In this document: piece after piece, positions 59,243 to 64,000 of the stretch
How the letters are laid out: each line of letters starts with the position of its first letter
Position numbering within the stretch: position 1 is the stretch's first letter
Source of the DNA: Macrostomum lignano
Taxonomy: Eukaryota
Direction: 5' to 3'
Length of the DNA: 64,000 bases
Assembly (NCBI GenBank): GCA_002269645.1
Contig: NIVC01002655.1
Location: 62,001-126,000 of the forward strand
Translations under genes and position numbers: made by a program
Notes under the pieces: model-generated
Seen by the model: the letters and a program-made list of their open reading frames with translations, nothing else
Databases searched by the model: none
Told to the model about the DNA's origin: nothing

Positions 59243-60007
59243 TCAGAACACGGACTGGCACTCGCAGATGTAGCTAGAACTCCAGTTGCATGGGAAGTCG
59301 TCAATCCCAGATGAGAACAAACGGTACAGAGCCGTGCAGCCAGCATATGAGAATCCAAAGTCCGGCTGACCTTCCTGCCAAAGCCCGGAGTCCACCGAGT
59401 TGCCGCAGTCTTCCCAGAACCAGCCTTTGGTCTTGGGCTCGGACGCGGCCATCTGGTGGCCTCCCAGGAAAAAGTTTTCAGTCGGTTTAACCCCAGGGCG
59501 CAGCTGCATCAAGTGGCTCACTTCAGCAGCATCCATTGCGTCAGCGAACTTCGACAGTCCCGGATCTGCTTGGCATCTCGTCTGAGCGACATCCCAGCTG
59601 ACTGACTCATTCGTGACCAGCTTGTACGAGGTGCCGTGTCTCGTGTGCTCGTATCCGGACGGACACAGGCGAGCCGGAGGTACGCCGGGCAGAGACCTCA
59701 CATACACAGTCACCTGATGAGTGCAGCTCGGCACAGACTGCACACGGTGACTGCACGCATCGAACAGGAACAGCTTGCACTGACAGGCTCCAGCTGTCAG
59801 CACTGAGAAGGCCTGACACTTGTCCTTCCTAGCGCAGACGTTGCTGCATTCGAGCGGAGTGCACAGACCGGACACGATGCTGGTGAAGTCGGAGCTCACG
59901 CAGTCCAGTCCGGTGGTTTGGTGGAATTTCAGCCTGGCAGCGCTGCAGGACTCGGACAGCACCGCAGAGACCAGAGCAGCGACCTGAAGCAGTTGGGGCA
60001 GAAGCAT
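59243..60007 (-). CDS. Secreted PAN/Apple-like + C-type lectin domain protein (QPD motif), intronless CDS
   Basis: Signal peptide MLLPQLLQVAALVSAVLSES; C-x3-C-x5-C..F cluster; CPSGY...YKLV...SWDVAQTRC...FFLGG...WFW...WQEGQPD...C...DDFPC...YICE. Confidence 0.9.
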   Translation of the reverse strand: MLLPQLLQVAALVSAVLSESCSAARLKFHQTTGLDCVSSDFTSIVSGLCTPLECSNVCARKDKCQAFSVLTAGACQCKLFLFDACSHRVQSVPSCTHQVTVYVRSLPGVPPARLCPSGYEHTRHGTSYKLVTNESVSWDVAQTRCQADPGLSKFADAMDAAEVSHLMQLRPGVKPTENFFLGGHQMAASEPKTKGWFWEDCGNSVDSGLWQEGQPDFGFSYAGCTALYRLFSSGIDDFPCNWSSSYICECQSVF

Positions 60008-60644
60008 CTTGTGAGACAGTCAGTATCTGAGGACAGCTTGAAAAGCAGAGAAGAATATTTCCAGTTCAAAGGATTTGCCTACGGCTCGGATCGGGAGCGA
60101 TACAAGGAGCGAATCTGTCGATGACATTTGCTTTTATGGTGGTACATGCAACTGGCTTGCATTTCGTCTGGGGTTATGACAGCTTTTGCTGACTGCATCT
60201 ATTTGACAAGAACGATCAGTAAAGCGGCACCAGTAGCTACAGAATGTTTGTCCTACTAAAACTTTCCGAGTGAGGTGGGAATCGATGTATAATGAAACTT
60301 TGTTGGATTTGAGTGCTTGTCTGAGCTGCCAGTCTCACTCAGCAAACACGTGCTTAGATCCACTGCTCTAACGTTTTTCGATTGCAAGATTAAGCAATGC
60401 ACAATGACTCGAACGCGGGTAGTTATTTGCTAAATTTTAGTGATAAGTAACGCCAAACCGAAAACAAAATTTCTACTGCAGCTACGCCAGTATTTTATCT
60501 GGGCCATGAATGATTTCACTGCAATTTGGAAGCATTTTTTTATGCTTAGAACTCTGCGCTTCTCTCTCACTGTCTCTCTCTCTCTCCCTCCCTCCTCTCC
60601 TTCCTCTTCTCCTAACCTCTCTCTCTCTCTTGCACTCTCACTGC

Positions 60645-61051
60645 CTGCAAAACATCCCGACGAAGGCCGGTCTCGAGTGCGTGCGGAGGGCGTTCGCCGT
60701 TCAGGGAGCACCCGGACAGCTGGCGCCCGGACGCCAGCCTGCTCTGCCTGCTCAAGCTGAACCTGGAGCGCAACGACTTCGAGTTCGACGGCAGATACTT
60801 CCTGCAGGTGAAAGGCACTGCCATTCGGAAATCGTTCGCGCCCAGCTACAGCAACATCTACATGGGCTAATGGGAGCAGAGAGGCCTGGAGACCAGCCCG
60901 CAGAAGCCCAGCCTGTGGCTCCGCTACATCGACGATGTCTTTGGAGTGTGGCGCTGAACTGAGGCGGAGCTGGTCCGGTTCCACCAACATCTGGACGCCC
61001 TCGATCGGAACATCCGGCTTCAACTGTGCTACAGCTGCACAGAGGTCAGCT
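60645..61051 (+). mobile_element. Decayed Penelope-like element reverse transcriptase fragment
   Basis: NIPTKAGLECVRRAF, then after a frameshift LERNDFEFDGRYFLQVKGTAIRKSFAPSYSNIYMG*...WLRYIDDVFGVW*; two in-frame stops. Confidence 0.88.
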
Positions 61052-61461
61052 CCTCTGTGTTTTCATTGGCTTTATTTGGATGATTTTTTCTCTGCTTTTT
61101 TATTTAAAGGTTTTTTCTGACACCGTGTATGGTGCACCTGCACTCTTTACTCAGCATTAACTAACTTTTTATTTACCTTGCCTACTTTGCTTTTCTCAAT
61201 CGTTATCTTACACTTAAAGGTCGTACAGGCCAGCTTGTAATATTTTAGCCACCCTATCTGCATTTCTCAGAGTCTCTGACTCGTTTTAATGTACTGGCCA
61301 TGCGTGCTGGTTTATGCGCTTGTGCCCTCTCCTTTGTCGATTTTCCCTCCCTGACGTTATCGCCTTAACATATTGACAGCAATTCGCGCCAAATAAAATT
61401 TACTCGCATTCTGCACTGACGAAGAGTAAACTTACTGGAAATATCGACAACAATAACTCTA

Positions 61462-61980
<519 letters not shown>

Positions 61981-62229
61981 CGGCCCAGAATGCGCATCTG
62001 GGCTATCAGTTCTCTAACTTGTCCACTGAATAGGCAGCCAGTTTTCACAGCGGCTTGTGAAAATTAAGTTAAACAACGAAAACCAGTGTGTACTCACTGT
62101 TGAGCAGTTTAGCTGAATGATTGAGCTGGCAGAGTAAGGGGGAGGGACGCACGGTGAGAACAGTAGCCATGGCTGCTGCCTGACAGCCACCCCATCCTCC
62201 GCAGTAGCGAGTAGCAGTCCTTAATAAGC

Positions 62230-64000
62230 ATGCTAGAATTTACGAGTACAGAGTTTAGTCAGGCGGCAGACCCGACCTTCTCTACTATGGCCGCTGTAGT
62301 CGAAGGTCGCCAGGACTCAATCGGCTCGCTGACAATGACTCACCGCCTGCTCACGCAGCCTGTTGACTACTCAGGCCCAGCAGCCGGCATCAGGTTCAGT
62401 GCCGCCAGGAATACTCGAGCCCTTGCTGACTGGAGCTCGCCAACGTCGATGAAGGAGTCTGGAAAGGCCGAGTCGGCTCAGCAGCTGGCCTTGCCGCCTC
62501 ATCTGCGGCTGCACCCGGACAGGGCCAGGACCTTCTGCCTGCCGGACGGGTGGACGAGTGAAGCCCAACTGGACGAAGATTTGAGCCGGCTGCACACGGC
62601 CACGGCAAGACCGAATCGGGGGAAGGTGAGGGGGGAGGAGGGGAAGGAAGACAGGGAATGAAGACAGGGGAATGAAGACAGGGGAATGAAGACAGGGGAA
62701 TGAAGACAGGGGAATGAAGACAGGGGAATGAAGACAGGGGAATGAAGACAGGGGAATGAAGACAGGGGAATGAAGACAGGGGAATTAAGACAGGGGAATT
62801 AAGACAGGGGAATGAAGACAGGGGAATGAAGACAGGGGAATGAAGACAGGGGAATCAAGACAGGGGGAATAAAGACAGGGGAATTAAGACAGGGAAATCA
62901 CGACGTGGAAAAGATAAAGAATGGCTGTGTTTTGCTTCCACATTGCATCCTTGCATCACAGGCTTCAAACCAGTGGAGTTTTGCGGTATGCCGATCATCG
63001 ACAACTGTAGAGCCGACAAAGACAAACAGAACTAAACGGTCAAACCAAAGGCGAACAAAGACTAGCGAACCGGTTCAGGTAATCACCCGTTTCGGGGACA
63101 GCCAGCTGCCGCCGCCGCCTGCGCCTCAGCTAACGGGCAGCGACAAAGACATCATAGACGGCCAGCATCGACAGAACAAAGACTTGTTTGTAGAGAAGCC
63201 GCGAGCCGGTCGCGCAGTGATTTCAACAGTTGAGTCCCGTGAGGCCTTTAGGGAGGTGCCGGAGTCGTACTTCACCATGACGCCCAACCGCACAGGAGGG
63301 GTGGCGGTGCGTCAGGTAAGCGCCGGCGCCAGACTGGCGCTAGTCGGGCGCAACGGATTTCCCGCCACAGCGCCGCCAGCTGCAGCGGATGCGGAGCCTG
63401 AGCTGGCTGGCAGATTGGTCAGACCAAATCTATGCTGGACAGCTGAGCTGGCGGATCCTTCGGCTGTGAGTGCTGCTTTATTAATTTCGGAATTGATAGC
63501 ATATGAGAGTAGAGAGAGGAGATGCTAGAGTAGAGAAGAGAGAGGGTGAGAGTAGACGGGGGAATGGGAGTGAGTAGAGAGGAGACAGGGGAGAGTAGAG
63601 AGGGGAGAGGGTGAGAGTAGAGAGGGGAGATGGTAGAGTAGAGAGGGGAGATGGTAGAGTAGAGAGTAGAGATGAGAGAGAGTAGCGATGGGGAGGGTGA
63701 GAGTACAGGGGAGAGATGGTAGAGAAGAGAGGGGGCGGGAGAGAGGGGAGAGGGTGAGAGGGGCAAAGAAATAGGTGCCGTGAAGAGAGCAGAGTTCACG
63801 CGTTGCAGTAGTGGCTCGTAGATGCATACAGCCAGAGCGCCACAACCCCGCACTGCTCCCAGACAGTGCTCACCGGAGCACAGCCCAGCTCCAAAGAGGC
63901 GGCAGCCGCGGCTGCCCAAGCCGCCGACCTCGAAGCGCAGCGCCGCAGCCGTCAAATTGTCGAGTTCGATCACGCAGGCGAGGGCGCGCTGCCGTCAGCT
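62230..64000 (+). CDS. Partial multi-exon gene of unknown function (runs off the window)
   Basis: Putative exons 62230-62625 (AAG|GTGAGG), 62962-63465 (CAG| ... GCT|GTGAGT), 63812-64000+; all phase 0, open and GC-rich between repeat-filled introns. No recognisable domain; third exon and start codon are less certain. Confidence 0.5.
62652..62895. repeat. 14-bp minisatellite (AATGAAGACAGGGG), intronic
   Basis: Read directly. Confidence 0.93.
63505..63765. repeat. AG-rich degenerate repeat, intronic
   Basis: GAGTAGAGAGGGGAG-type units. Confidence 0.8.

Noticed and set aside
59714-59755. Hammerhead-ribozyme-like CTGATGA followed by a GTGCAG/CTGCAC stem (also at 36629)
   Set aside because: The required GAAA after stem II is absent, and the sequence is the antisense of lectin coding DNA.

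Overview
Eukaryotic (animal) genomic DNA, not prokaryotic: GC-rich exons with GT-AG introns embedded in AT-rich DNA that is densely packed with mini- and microsatellites. This style suggests a flatworm such as Macrostomum, which is an inference I cannot prove from the window. Genes I could reconstruct by hand: a 10-exon GH35 beta-galactosidase (+), a 3-exon C6orf118-like coiled-coil gene (+), a secreted, probably GPI-anchored mucin with furin sites (+), a WAP + 8 CCP/Sushi LEV-9/Hasp-like gene (+), an intronless PAN-like + C-type lectin gene (-) with a broken paralog 23 kb away, and a partial gene of unknown function at the right edge (+). Mobile DNA: a very young BEL/Pao LTR retrotransposon (apparently identical 286-bp LTRs, 5-bp TSD, PBS, PPT) whose gag is split by a 3.8-kb TIR DNA transposon with a 4-bp TSD, two tRNA-derived SINEs (one with a MIR-type CORE), a decayed Penelope-like RT fragment, and a probable Helentron/DINE-like element carrying a ~6.9-kb 23-bp satellite region with higher-order structure. 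Most of the long ORFs in the track are artefacts of tandem repeats. Best leads: genes with no ATG that begin at phase-0 splice acceptors (candidate spliced-leader-supplied AUG, operon-like spacing), a six-fold tandem copy of a 5' splice site, the nested young transposons, and a LEV-9-like protein ending in G-K-R.
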